A DNA stretch of 64,000 bases from a virus: IMG/VR virus record IMGVR_UViG_3300009514_000016, positions 1 through 64,000 of that record, one strand, 5' to 3'. The position numbers and the translations under genes are program-made. The notes below the pieces were generated by a model. That model worked only from the letters and a program-made list of their open reading frames with translations, had not been told where the DNA came from and ran no database searches. Shown one piece after another: positions 27,136 to 37,683 of the stretch (within the stretch, counting starts at the first letter, position 1; each line of letters opens with the position of its first letter).

Positions 27136-30100
27136 CTACTTTTCGTCAGATTCAAACATTTTGTTCTTTTTGTTTAGGCTCATGAGATTCATGAGTTTCT
27201 GAGCTAGATCTTCTGTTTCAGACTCTTTCGAGGCTGTTCTAGTAATTAGAGGAATTTCTAGTCCAGGGTTTTCCTTGCTTGCTGTCTTGGTGAGTCTATT
27301 GGAAGCAGCTTTTCTAACGGTTGCCTCATATTTTTGAATTAGAGGAACGGCTTGCTCTGATAGATCTGCAACAAGTGTTTCGTATTCGTCTGCTTCGACT
27401 AGTCCATCTCTTAGAAGTGAGGCTGCAGTTTTGCAGGCTTCTTTATATCTTGCTGTTGCAACCTTAGTCTCATTGACTTCTTTTTCGGCTTTAGCAGCTT
27501 TAGCAGAGAGTGATTTTACCTTGTCAGACTCTTTATTGTCTTTGCTGGAAGAAACCTTTACAACTGTACGTTTCTTGCAGGACTTGCAGGTAATAGCATT
27601 GTTTCCAGATGCTACTACTTTATCGTGTCCGCATTGCGGGCAGGATGCGAGAACGGTTCCTTTGATTCTGGTGTCTCCACCTTCAAGTTCTTCGTTCCCC
27701 AGGTTTCCGCTTCCAGCCGGAATATTCGGGCCGTCTTTCGGAACAGAAGTTTCGTTACCTATTCTTGCGCCATCCCCCTTAGAAGGAATTTCTGGGGCTT
27801 TCTTGGTAGCAGGCTCTTCTTTGCCTAAAGTTTTTCCAGTTGATGGAACATCAACTTCTGATTCGTTGATATGATCAACTTTATCGAGTTTCTTTTCTTT
27901 TGGAGTTGATTCCTTTATTTTTTCTGCTTTTGGCAGTTCTTGCTGAGCAAACTTTTCATTAATTGCTTTCTGAGTGCTATCAGCCAGGGTTGTTCCCTTG
28001 ATGTCGTAATCTCCTCCGTCTAGTTCTTCGTTTCCTAGTTGTTGATTTTTGACAGGAACTTCTGGTTTTTCAACTCCGAAGTTTTCTTCTTTGCCCATGG
28101 TTGCTTTTCCGCCTTTGTCTGGAACATCTGGTCCCTTCTTATCGACGTGTTCTTCTTTGCCCATGGTTTTTCCGTCATGTGTTTTGCCTAGATCCTTGAC
28201 TTCTTCAACAGCGATTGGCTCTTTGAGTTGTTTATTCTTTGGAGATTCGCTTTTGACTGGTTTTGGTTCTACGCTATCAACAACATCTGCGTTTTTCTGC
28301 AGGTGTCCGCCTTTGAGTGCTAGAGTTTCCATGGCCTCATCTTCTTCGACCATGTCTTCATCAGCAAGTTCTTCTGTCATATCTTCAACAGCATCTTCTT
28401 CTTTCATATCCTCTAGTTCTTCCTCGGCATCTTCGTGGAATTCTTCGAGTGAGCTTTCTAGTTGGTCTTCGACTTCATCTAGAACGTTCTTTAGGGCTTC
28501 GGCGTCTTCTTCATCAAGAGTGATTGTAACAGAGCCTTCGCCTTTATCTCCCTCTTCGAATTCATAGCCTTCGTTGGCGATGTCGAATTCAGATTCTGTT
28601 TCGGCTGGAACTTCTTTTTCTTCTGGTTCAGTGTTGAAATCATAGTCAAATGCTAGGACCATGTTTTCTGCTTCTAGTTCGTCTTGTTCTGCGTATTCAG
28701 CTTTGATTGCTTCGCATGTTGCGCAAGCAGCTTTTTTGCTTAGACCTTCGGCCATTCTTTCGGCAACGCATTGTTTCATTGGGTCGGCTTCAGCTAGTTT
28801 AGAAGCGACTTTCATGAATAGTCCAGCAGTTACTTGCTTGCTGGCTTTCTTTTCCCATTGTGAAAGCATTTTGCAAACTGATTCAGCGAGTGGCTTGCCT
28901 TCAAATGGACCTGATAGACATACGGCGTTTTCACCATATCTGCGGCTCATTTTTTCGAGGCAAGTTTCAACTGGGAATTTGCGATCAGCCATGTATGAGG
29001 CAACTAGTTGTTTGTGTGATTTTTTTGTTGCGGCGGAAATTATTTTGCCTTTTGGACCTTTTGGATCTGTTTCATCTTTGAATACAACTGGAACCCATGT
29101 TAGGTGGGCAATAAGTTTCTTAGAATCTTTTGGATGTGCAACAATGTCAACTTTGTAGTTTTGCGAGCATGCAGAGCATGATCCGATGTTGTTATCCATT
29201 GCGACTTTAGATGAATTGCAGTTCGGGCAGAAAGATCCGAATGATGCTTTTCCAGCAGTTTTTGTTGCTTTATCTGGAGAAATAACCATTGAAAGTCTGA
29301 TTGGAAGAGCAATTTTCTTAGAAGCGGCTAGTCCAACTGGCTCTTCCAGTTTTAGTCCGCCTTCTTCTTCTTCGCCTTCGCCGCCTTTGCTATCCTCGAT
29401 AGTTCCTGGCCATTTGTGGACATCAATATTGACAGAGATTTTGAATTCTGCTCCGCAGGAGTTACATTCTCCTTCTCCGTTCATGATGTCAACGTCGTCA
29501 GAGGCGCATGCTGGGCATGTTGAGCCTGGTGGTTGAGCTTCGCCTTCAGATTCTGTTTCTGCGGCAAGATCTTCTTCCATTTTTGGCTCTGCTTCTGGTG
29601 GAGTGGCAAGTGTTTCAGCACCAAGTCCGCCCATATCGGTTGGACCAGCAGCCAGATCGCCTCCGGCTGGAGCGGCAGTCATCTGATCTGGAGTTCCGCC
29701 TCCAATTTGAGCAATTAGCTTGCGTCTTTTTTCCGCTCTTGCTTTCAAGAAATCTTCTTTTGATTCAGCTTTCTCTTTTGCGGCAGTTTTCTTTGTGGCC
29801 TTAGAGAATGCGACATGAACTTCTTTTGCTTTTTTGTCGACTTCTACGCCGGTTGCCTCAACAACTTCGAATCCGTTCTCAGCAGCAATTTCAACTGCTC
29901 TTGCGATAACAGATTCTTTATCATCGATTTTGGCATCGCCTAGATCATCGAATTTAATGTGAACATTTGCTGTCTCGTCGCTTGCGACTTTTGTTTCTTC
30001 TTCAGCGGAAGCTTCGGTTGTTTCTTCTTCCTCGGTTGAGTCTTCAGTTTCTTCAACTTCTTCTTCTTTTTCGGCTTCTTTTGTTTCTTCTTTGGCATCC

Positions 30101-32421
30101 ATAGCAAGCAGTGTTGCTTCAAGATCGCTGCCGATTGTTGGGATTGAATCCTCTTCTTCAGCTTGCTTGACAAATTCTTCTGCCATAGTGGTGATTTTGC
30201 CAGTTGAAACATTTGGGTGTTTGGCTAGAACAGCAATTCCTTCCATGATTAGTTCAGAAGGAACATCTTCATCAGTGATGGATGCAGCAATGTTCTTGCC
30301 TAGTTCTTTTTCAGAAGACTTTGCACTAGCGACTTTAACTCTGGTTTCTCCAGACTGGATGCTCTTGACCAAATCTGCAGTTCCTGATTGCCAAGATGGA
30401 GACACGATCTTGCTTGCAATGCTTAGAACTCTCTCTGGTTGAGCGCCAGTGCGGGCGACGACTCTAGCTAGAGCGCTGATGGAGGCTTTGATAACTTCAT
30501 CAGATTTCTTAGCGAATCGTTTGCCAAGTGGTTGATCTTGTGAGTAAAGTTGTTTCTCGGTAATATCGTCTGTTGGAGACCATCTGCTATCTTTGGATTT
30601 CCACTCGTCAAGCTGAGCTTCCATGGTCTTTTCTAGTTGATCTTTTTGATACCATGAACCATTAGACGGAGCAGAGTTGCCTTTCCATGACTCATCTCTT
30701 AGCTGTTCGTCAGTGATGTCGAGACGTGGTTCGTCCTGTCTTGTATGATTTGCGATGTATCCTTCAGCGACAGAGGCATTTTTTCCTGGCTTATCCTTGT
30801 CTAGCTGATCTTCTGTAATTGTTTCAATAGATTTATTCCAACGAGGATGAGAAGTTGTTCCAACTCCTTTGCCGTCCAGCTGAGCTTCTGTTGTCTCTTC
30901 TGGGTATCCTTTTCTGCTATGGATGGCATTACCGTTGTGCTCTTCAAGCTGCTTTTCGGTAATGTCTTGGCGAGGCTCTTTCTCACCTTCCCATTTGGTT
31001 TTTGCTTCTTTTATATCTTTAGCCACTGTTTTGTCTCCTGTGCTAGATGTAAGGATTTCTTTAGAAATTTCCTCAGTATGGGATGCCATAAGATCTTTCA
31101 ACAAACTCTTAAGGACTGCTTCCTTTTCATCTGTCATAGCTTTTCTGATATTATTATCTTCAAAGTCGTCTATATTCAGACTTTTTATAACAGAATCCTT
31201 GTAATATCCGAAATAACTATTTCCATCGGCTACTACTTTATAATCTCCAGAGCTAGCTTCCAATTTTGAGCCAGACTCTTTTTTATTGCCTTTTCCGGCA
31301 AATTGGTTTTTTATTGTTTGCAGTTGTTCTACAACTTGCGATATTTTTTCCATTGCTTTTTCGCGCTCGGCAGCAACCGGCATTCCAGTTATTGATCCAA
31401 CGCCTCCGGCTGGAGCGGCTTCTGGAGAAACTTCTGGTTCTGCTGAGGCTTCTGGGGCTTCTTCTGGAAGACCTGCTGGACCATCTGGCCCTTCTGCTCC
31501 TTCTGGACCTTCGCCGCCAACTTGAGAGTAACCCATTTCAACCAAAGTATCAGTTGTTTCCTGAAGATCACCAAGAACCTTGATAAGATCAGTTAGATAA
31601 TCCATGTCAACGATATGGCGCTGATCCAGCATGGCGCGGCAAACATCTTCAATGTCTTTTAGAGCGGCTTGCAATTTGTCAACTTCAGCTTTTCCGCCAG
31701 TTTTGATAGATCCAGCTGATACTATTTTTTTGATTTTGCCAACAGCAGATGCGGCTTTGGTCATATACTCTTCATTATCAATAATGTCTTGAATTGTGCA
31801 ATCTTCGCAAGCGCCATCGGTTACGCAAGAAAGTTCAATGAATTTAATGCCATAGTTTTCTTCGTAAACTTTCTTGCCGTTTACGGTGCGTCCTTTATGA
31901 TTTTGAACGCACTTGCAATAATCTTCAGCGGTAACAGCTTTATTGCGGCAAACTGAGCAAACGGAATGCTCAACTTGGCATCCCATTGAAACGTCAGTAA
32001 TATAACCTTGCTCGATTCCTCTGCAAAGCTGCGGATAAGCTTGACGATCAATGAACATGACAGTATAAACTGATTTATCATCTTCTGACCATTCAGCAGA
32101 AACGACCTTGCCTTTGGCGGTTTCAATCTTATCGTTTTCATGATTCGTAAAAACTGGAACACCAACAAATGAACGGTAAGACTTTTTCAATTCCTCAGTT
32201 GAGAAATAATCTCCGTTATCGTTTGGCTCATCGGCAACGATTGCCTTGACTTTGATAAACAAGGCGTCAGGGTGCTTTTCGATGGCTTCTCTAATATTCT
32301 TTTCATTTTCTGTTCTATCTTTTTCTGCGTCAATAAGGATAGAGGCAGTTTTCACTGTCTTATCTTTCTTTGCAGTATCTATAATAGAAACAATTTTATG
32401 AGTTGCTGTTTTTATAAGCAT
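27136..32421 (-). CDS. Prohead protease fused to a very long scaffold-like region
   Basis: N-terminal NDNGDYF...FTNHEN...VSMGC...FIELSCV head-maturation protease signature; acidic repeats and three Zn ribbons follow. Confidence 0.78.
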   Translation of the reverse strand: MLIKTATHKIVSIIDTAKKDKTVKTASILIDAEKDRTENEKNIREAIEKHPDALFIKVKAIVADEPNDNGDYFSTEELKKSYRSFVGVPVFTNHENDKIETAKGKVVSAEWSEDDKSVYTVMFIDRQAYPQLCRGIEQGYITDVSMGCQVEHSVCSVCRNKAVTAEDYCKCVQNHKGRTVNGKKVYEENYGIKFIELSCVTDGACEDCTIQDIIDNEEYMTKAASAVGKIKKIVSAGSIKTGGKAEVDKLQAALKDIEDVCRAMLDQRHIVDMDYLTDLIKVLGDLQETTDTLVEMGYSQVGGEGPEGAEGPDGPAGLPEEAPEASAEPEVSPEAAPAGGVGSITGMPVAAEREKAMEKISQVVEQLQTIKNQFAGKGNKKESGSKLEASSGDYKVVADGNSYFGYYKDSVIKSLNIDDFEDNNIRKAMTDEKEAVLKSLLKDLMASHTEEISKEILTSSTGDKTVAKDIKEAKTKWEGEKEPRQDITEKQLEEHNGNAIHSRKGYPEETTEAQLDGKGVGTTSHPRWNKSIETITEDQLDKDKPGKNASVAEGYIANHTRQDEPRLDITDEQLRDESWKGNSAPSNGSWYQKDQLEKTMEAQLDEWKSKDSRWSPTDDITEKQLYSQDQPLGKRFAKKSDEVIKASISALARVVARTGAQPERVLSIASKIVSPSWQSGTADLVKSIQSGETRVKVASAKSSEKELGKNIAASITDEDVPSELIMEGIAVLAKHPNVSTGKITTMAEEFVKQAEEEDSIPTIGSDLEATLLAMDAKEETKEAEKEEEVEETEDSTEEEETTEASAEEETKVASDETANVHIKFDDLGDAKIDDKESVIARAVEIAAENGFEVVEATGVEVDKKAKEVHVAFSKATKKTAAKEKAESKEDFLKARAEKRRKLIAQIGGGTPDQMTAAPAGGDLAAGPTDMGGLGAETLATPPEAEPKMEEDLAAETESEGEAQPPGSTCPACASDDVDIMNGEGECNSCGAEFKISVNIDVHKWPGTIEDSKGGEGEEEEGGLKLEEPVGLAASKKIALPIRLSMVISPDKATKTAGKASFGSFCPNCNSSKVAMDNNIGSCSACSQNYKVDIVAHPKDSKKLIAHLTWVPVVFKDETDPKGPKGKIISAATKKSHKQLVASYMADRKFPVETCLEKMSRRYGENAVCLSGPFEGKPLAESVCKMLSQWEKKASKQVTAGLFMKVASKLAEADPMKQCVAERMAEGLSKKAACATCEAIKAEYAEQDELEAENMVLAFDYDFNTEPEEKEVPAETESEFDIANEGYEFEEGDKGEGSVTITLDEEDAEALKNVLDEVEDQLESSLEEFHEDAEEELEDMKEEDAVEDMTEELADEDMVEEDEAMETLALKGGHLQKNADVVDSVEPKPVKSESPKNKQLKEPIAVEEVKDLGKTHDGKTMGKEEHVDKKGPDVPDKGGKATMGKEENFGVEKPEVPVKNQQLGNEELDGGDYDIKGTTLADSTQKAINEKFAQQELPKAEKIKESTPKEKKLDKVDHINESEVDVPSTGKTLGKEEPATKKAPEIPSKGDGARIGNETSVPKDGPNIPAGSGNLGNEELEGGDTRIKGTVLASCPQCGHDKVVASGNNAITCKSCKKRTVVKVSSSKDNKESDKVKSLSAKAAKAEKEVNETKVATARYKEACKTAASLLRDGLVEADEYETLVADLSEQAVPLIQKYEATVRKAASNRLTKTASKENPGLEIPLITRTASKESETEDLAQKLMNLMSLNKKNKMFESDEK

Positions 32422-32454
32422 TTAGATTGGACCCCAATCGTTAAATTAGTAACC

Positions 32455-33033
32455 TCAGCTGGAGCTTTCTGACTCTAGCTCTTCCATTAGTGCTTCCAGA
32501 TATTCGGCTTCAGCCGCATCTAGAACGTTTTCAGCAACCAATGATTTTTTGCTGTGGCCGCTTGCGATTAGAGATTTGTACATTCTAGCTTCCAACTCGC
32601 CTTTTGGAGCTTTAGAGGCAGAAATAACATCCTTTTTATCGACAATATTGAATTCCTCAAGGGATTCTAGGTTATCATCGATTGAACTGATGATTTTGCT
32701 CATTGCAACTCTTTGATCTCTGTTCGGGAATTCTTTTCTGCCAACGCTAACTCTGTCGATTAGTTTGCTGGCAGCTCTGTAGAATCCTTTTAGAGCGGTT
32801 TTATCTTTGTTGGATAGTTTCGCAGCAGGAATTTCCGGCTCGCTAACTTTGGTCTCTTCTGTGTTTTTAGCTTGGACTGGTTCATCTTGTTCAATTGAGC
32901 TAATCAATTCAGTGATTTCATCAGATAGTTCCAACATTTCTTTCGACTGATCGAATGAAACAGTTTCATCCATGGCTTTTTCATCGATTGTTTCGGCAAT
33001 TTGAGCCAGACGTTCGAGTAATCTTTTTGGCAT
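32455..33033 (-). CDS. Hypothetical head-module protein
   Basis: 192-aa ORF upstream of the protease. Confidence 0.65.
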   Translation of the reverse strand: MPKRLLERLAQIAETIDEKAMDETVSFDQSKEMLELSDEITELISSIEQDEPVQAKNTEETKVSEPEIPAAKLSNKDKTALKGFYRAASKLIDRVSVGRKEFPNRDQRVAMSKIISSIDDNLESLEEFNIVDKKDVISASKAPKGELEARMYKSLIASGHSKKSLVAENVLDAAEAEYLEALMEELESESSS

Positions 33034-33147
33034 AGCTATCTTTCCATTGTTTAAATTTTTGTAAAAACAGGCCGCACTGCTGCTTGCGTGTTTATTTGAC
33101 TGTCTTCGCGATTAAATCCTTCAATTTTCTGAGAAATCAAGACTCTA

Positions 33148-35031
33148 TTAATCTAGTCTTATGATTCTTTTGATTGTTTCGTGGATCTTTTTTGCGGCCT
33201 CTGGGTTTTGCTCTTTAACTTTGCTGGCCATTTTCTTTAAGTCATTAACAATAGATGACTTAGGTTTTCTGGCCTCTGGTGGCAGCGGCGGCGGAACAGA
33301 TCTTGGTTTCTTTGGTAATGGTGGCGGCATTGGAGGCTGAGTTTGTTGCATTTCTTGACGCATTCTGGCTATTTCTTCTGGAGATGGACCTTCCATCTCA
33401 AAAATATCCTCATCTGTTTCTACGTCAAATTCTGGAGTATCAGGAACTTCTGGGAATTCTGGCTCAACTTCTTCTAATTCTTCAACTGGAACAGTTGGAG
33501 CCTCAATCTTTGGCTCTTCCTTGACTTTTTTCTTTTTCGGCGCTTTTGGTTTTTTGGTTTTTTTCTTAGTTTCGATTGGCATGTCAAGATCAGTTTCATT
33601 GATTTCAGCGTAATCAATCTCTGTCATACCTTGTTCTTCTAGTTCTCTGAGTGCGTCAATAACTTCAGGCTTCTTGGTTTTAGTCAATGGTTTACCCTTG
33701 GCGTCCAAGATAACCAACTGGTCATCATCCCAATCAAGTCTCACTTTAGTCATATCTCTGACGTTCCAGTCAGGAATGATCAAAGGCTCTTGAAATGCTG
33801 GCCCAAAACTTCCATCCTCTTGTGGATCTAAGTAGTTAGATCCGCCAACCAAATCTTTTGCAACTTGGAATGCGTGCTTTAGAGTTGGAAATGCGGATAG
33901 TCCTTTGACGTTCTGCGGATCGCCAATTCTATTACCAGTCTTGTCAGTGTTCATTGTTGACATAATGGCAGCAAAACCGATGTGCGGCCTAATAGGCAGG
34001 AAGCCTCCAAATCTTTTAATGTCTTGACGACCAACGGCTTGCGGGAACAATTGCTCTTGATACTCTTTCATTGACTCTGTTGGCTCAAATTGATAAGCAT
34101 AATATGGCCCAACAGCTAATCTGAATGTGTCGCCATACATAACTTCACCTTCAGAAAACATATCGTAATCTCTGACTGGTCTAGTCTGATAGTTTCCGCT
34201 CCACGGATTTAGGATTGATCCCATTCCTTCTTTTTGAGCTGAAATTCTATAACCTGGCTGCGAACTTCCAGTTGCTTGAATTGTTTTTGTCGCGCATGTT
34301 GATAGGTCAACTATATCATAGTTTTTGAAGATTGGATCATCTGCAGTAACATAGCCACGAGCTTTGAATGTTTCAAAATATCCATCGGCAGGATACATTT
34401 GCGGGGAATCAGGGTCTTTTGGTCTAAATCCTAATTTGGTGTTCATGACCATGTATGGTATATTGCCGCCCGCAGACACAATAAATGGCTGACCTTTTTC
34501 TTGGTCTAATCCGCCATTAATTATATCGAGCGCCTGATCCAAATCTAAAACTCTTGGGTTGCTTCTTTGTGGAGCATTTTTGGATTCATCCCACATGACA
34601 TCAGTATTGATGTAGTGAAATATAGATCCTGGGCCAATATATCTTAACCCGCGAAGTGGTCTAGTCCCCTCGCTGTAGTGGCCTTCCGCAGGAGGCATTT
34701 CGAAACTCTCTCTAATTCCTCTAATTCCATATTTAGACGGGAACGGCATCATGCCATAATCAACTTTATGTAGTTCTTCTTCCCAGTCTGGGTAATAAAC
34801 TTTCCATCCTGGAATTCCCTCTGGATGTTCTCTAAGCATTTGGTCGAATCTGGCTCTGGTAGATTCATTGACATTTCTTAGTTTTGCCAAAGTATCTTCG
34901 TCATAATTGAATGAGTCAGCATAAATTGGAAGCCATTTTCCAGCCCATTTTCTTTTATGAAAACGGACTCCACCAGCTTCGCGATAAATTTGCTTGTAAA
35001 TTAGAGAAAGTAAATTATTTCTATCAATCAT
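33148..35031 (-). CDS. Hypothetical virion-associated protein with acidic/Pro-rich tail
   Basis: 627-aa ORF between portal and protease. Confidence 0.7.
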   Translation of the reverse strand: MIDRNNLLSLIYKQIYREAGGVRFHKRKWAGKWLPIYADSFNYDEDTLAKLRNVNESTRARFDQMLREHPEGIPGWKVYYPDWEEELHKVDYGMMPFPSKYGIRGIRESFEMPPAEGHYSEGTRPLRGLRYIGPGSIFHYINTDVMWDESKNAPQRSNPRVLDLDQALDIINGGLDQEKGQPFIVSAGGNIPYMVMNTKLGFRPKDPDSPQMYPADGYFETFKARGYVTADDPIFKNYDIVDLSTCATKTIQATGSSQPGYRISAQKEGMGSILNPWSGNYQTRPVRDYDMFSEGEVMYGDTFRLAVGPYYAYQFEPTESMKEYQEQLFPQAVGRQDIKRFGGFLPIRPHIGFAAIMSTMNTDKTGNRIGDPQNVKGLSAFPTLKHAFQVAKDLVGGSNYLDPQEDGSFGPAFQEPLIIPDWNVRDMTKVRLDWDDDQLVILDAKGKPLTKTKKPEVIDALRELEEQGMTEIDYAEINETDLDMPIETKKKTKKPKAPKKKKVKEEPKIEAPTVPVEELEEVEPEFPEVPDTPEFDVETDEDIFEMEGPSPEEIARMRQEMQQTQPPMPPPLPKKPRSVPPPLPPEARKPKSSIVNDLKKMASKVKEQNPEAAKKIHETIKRIIRLD

Positions 35032-35034
35032 GTC

Positions 35035-35487
35035 CTAGTCTCTCTTCTTGGGATAGAGAACTCGATCCCAAGCCTTTTGATATTTATCTTCCATCTCTTT
35101 TGGTTCTTTTGATTTTCCAGTATCTTCTCCTGGAACATGAACATTAGCCAGATGGGCTTTAGTATAAGATGGTATAACTGGAGCAGGAACACCCCATTTA
35201 TCTCTTGCATACTTTGCTGCTGCCTGCATTGTTGGGAAATAATCGCCGCTAGGCGCATAATCAGCAGGCATTTTTCTAATTCCAGAAAAAAATGATTTGC
35301 CTTCTTTCTTAGAAAAACCTGGACCTAAAACTACATAATAACTGGAATCAGATGTGGCATCGTAACCTTCCCATCTGAAGTATGAATTGGCACCAATTTC
35401 GCGATCATAGCGTTCTTTGAGAGTTTTAGATTTCTCTCTATAGATTTCTCGCCACTGAATTCCACGGTCTCTAATTCTCTTTGGCAC
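35035..35487 (-). CDS. Hypothetical protein
   Basis: 150-aa ORF directly downstream of the portal gene. Confidence 0.65.
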   Translation of the reverse strand: MPKRIRDRGIQWREIYREKSKTLKERYDREIGANSYFRWEGYDATSDSSYYVVLGPGFSKKEGKSFFSGIRKMPADYAPSGDYFPTMQAAAKYARDKWGVPAPVIPSYTKAHLANVHVPGEDTGKSKEPKEMEDKYQKAWDRVLYPKKRD

Positions 35488-35547
35488 TACTAATCCTTAT
35501 TTCTAAATGAGTTATTATTCATTTAGAACAAAATGAAAGAAAACCTT

Positions 35548-37680
35548 CTAATCTTTTTGCTTCGCCTGCCTGATGGTTTCAGCTTTTTTCTGAACATTGG
35601 CGATAATAACTTTTGCGACTTCTGGCATTTTTTCTTCAATTTCGAAATCTTTAAATCTCAAAATAGTCCATCCCATTCCAGCCAGCAACCTGTCTCTTTC
35701 TTGATCAGAGGCAATCTGCTCTGGAAGCCCATGGAATAATCGACCGTCTGCCTCAATTCCAAACTTTATTTCTGGCATAGCGAAATCAAGAGCAAAATCT
35801 TTTCCGCCTTTTGGGTTTTTCACTGGATACTGAGCATATTTGGCATACGGAATATTCATTCCCATTAATGCCTTATACATTTTGCGCTCAATGGAAGTAA
35901 ACTGAATTTGTTGTCTTTGAACTTCTAAATAATCACCTTCTCCACCGCTGCTCTTTTTCTGCTTCTTAGCTTTTTCTGGAGTTAATATCTTGCCGCCAGT
36001 TCCTGCCAATGCTGGACCCGGCATTCCGCCTCCTCCAGATTCTGCTGGAGGCGGCGCTCCTCCCGGTGCTCCTCCTGGTGCTCCACCTAAGCCTCCTCCT
36101 GGTGGTGGTGGCATTGGAAGTCCGCCTCCCATTCCTCCTCCGAAACCGCCGCCCATGCCGCCCATGCCGCCTCCAATCGGAGCGCCCATGCTCGCCATTT
36201 GCTCTGCTTGCTCGAATCTTAGACGTTCAATTTCTTGATCAAAATCTATGCCGCCAAATAGTTCCCATAGAGTTTCTCTGGAAATATCTCCATTGCTTTT
36301 CATTTGCAATAGCATTTGCAATTTGGCTGAATTATCTCTGATCTTGAGATCATTCCATTTGATTTCTGGGACGACGTACACAGTCTCGCCCATCTTCTTG
36401 GATTTTTCTTCATCAATAAATCCGCGCATCTTGGCCAATGGCAAGAATATCTTCTCTTCAATCCACTCAGCAAGCTCTGTTCGCCAAGATTCCAATTTCT
36501 GAATCATAGCTTCAACACCAACCGCCGCAGATTGATAAGCAGCGGCCTCTCCGTTGAGCAGGGCTTGGTTAATCATCATTCCATCAAGAATTTCTTGAGA
36601 GATTAACTCAAATTCATTGCTCAGAGATAGGACGCGACCTGATGTTCCATACCATTCATAATCAAAAGCATGGTGAGTTACCAAAGTCAGGTTTGGATCG
36701 TTTGCCGTCAAAGCCAATTGAGCCTGAACATTCGCCAAGTCTTCTGGACCCGCTGGACGATCATCATTTCCAACCTTGACGACTCTAACTGGGAGAATTA
36801 ATCTTTCCGCGACAATCCATTGAGCGACCATGAGCTTGTCTTTGTATGACAAAATCTTGAATAGTCGGCGGATAAAAGAAGATCCATAAGTTGTATAAGA
36901 ATTTCCCTTATGTTTTAGATGGGAAACAACTCTATTACTTAATTTTATTGGCTGACCAGCAGCAACTTTTTTTCTAACTTCAAGAGGAAGTCTCTCATAA
37001 ATCTCTCTAGGAGATCTGGTCATCACCACTGATTTCAAAGTTTCATCTGGCAACATCTTGATCTGTGGGTCGTCAACAAAAGGAGAGTCTTCAACCTCTA
37101 CATTGTCTGGGTTGAGAATAATAATTGCTGAGAATTCTCCGCCTTCATGATTGCATACCCCACCAGTTTCTGGATCAACAGAGCTTCCAGCACATTTGTC
37201 GCATTTGACTTGGAGCATTGGGAACACATCGCCAATGACAAGTCTATCATGAGAAATTTCTTTGAGGATTCTATTGAGTTTTATTTTCTTGCAGAAACTT
37301 TCGTAATATTGTTTGATATTTCTGTCTTGGCACTGCAGAGTAAATCCATTCATAGGAAATTCAGAATACCAGTCAATCGCAGCGGCAACTTTAGGCTCAT
37401 TCTCATAAAAATATCTAGCCCATTGCATAACCTCTCTGCGCTTTGACGGAATCTGCCAGTTGATAGGCGTGTGAAGCGGAGAGTAATATTGCGGTTGAGT
37501 TGTTATAACATTGCCGCCGATTCCGCCTGTCAACCCTGAGACACTGCCCAATCCAGCAATTCTAGTAAATTTCTTATCGTTGGCCGCTTGAATAGTCAAT
37601 CCCTGTTTAGACATATGGTATGCCTCTTCAGTTCTACTAGTGATTATTTTGTTGGTAACTATTCTAGGAATCTTGTTCAT
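35548..37680 (-). CDS. Portal protein with Gly/Pro linker and C-terminal DUF559-like domain
   Basis: RYFYENEPKVAAAIDWYSEFP, ILNPDNVEV, HLKHKGNSYTTYGSS, PEIKWNDL; C-terminal LDFAMPEIKFGIEADGRLFH...DQERD...GWTILRF. Confidence 0.82.
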   Translation of the reverse strand: MNKIPRIVTNKIITSRTEEAYHMSKQGLTIQAANDKKFTRIAGLGSVSGLTGGIGGNVITTQPQYYSPLHTPINWQIPSKRREVMQWARYFYENEPKVAAAIDWYSEFPMNGFTLQCQDRNIKQYYESFCKKIKLNRILKEISHDRLVIGDVFPMLQVKCDKCAGSSVDPETGGVCNHEGGEFSAIIILNPDNVEVEDSPFVDDPQIKMLPDETLKSVVMTRSPREIYERLPLEVRKKVAAGQPIKLSNRVVSHLKHKGNSYTTYGSSFIRRLFKILSYKDKLMVAQWIVAERLILPVRVVKVGNDDRPAGPEDLANVQAQLALTANDPNLTLVTHHAFDYEWYGTSGRVLSLSNEFELISQEILDGMMINQALLNGEAAAYQSAAVGVEAMIQKLESWRTELAEWIEEKIFLPLAKMRGFIDEEKSKKMGETVYVVPEIKWNDLKIRDNSAKLQMLLQMKSNGDISRETLWELFGGIDFDQEIERLRFEQAEQMASMGAPIGGGMGGMGGGFGGGMGGGLPMPPPPGGGLGGAPGGAPGGAPPPAESGGGGMPGPALAGTGGKILTPEKAKKQKKSSGGEGDYLEVQRQQIQFTSIERKMYKALMGMNIPYAKYAQYPVKNPKGGKDFALDFAMPEIKFGIEADGRLFHGLPEQIASDQERDRLLAGMGWTILRFKDFEIEEKMPEVAKVIIANVQKKAETIRQAKQKD

Positions 37681-37683
37681 TTT

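Noticed and set aside
27431-31583. Numerous plus-strand ORFs inside the protease/scaffold gene (and similar ones inside other long genes)
   Set aside because: Antisense frames of a strongly codon-biased gene; Ser/Phe/Leu-rich with no recognisable motifs.
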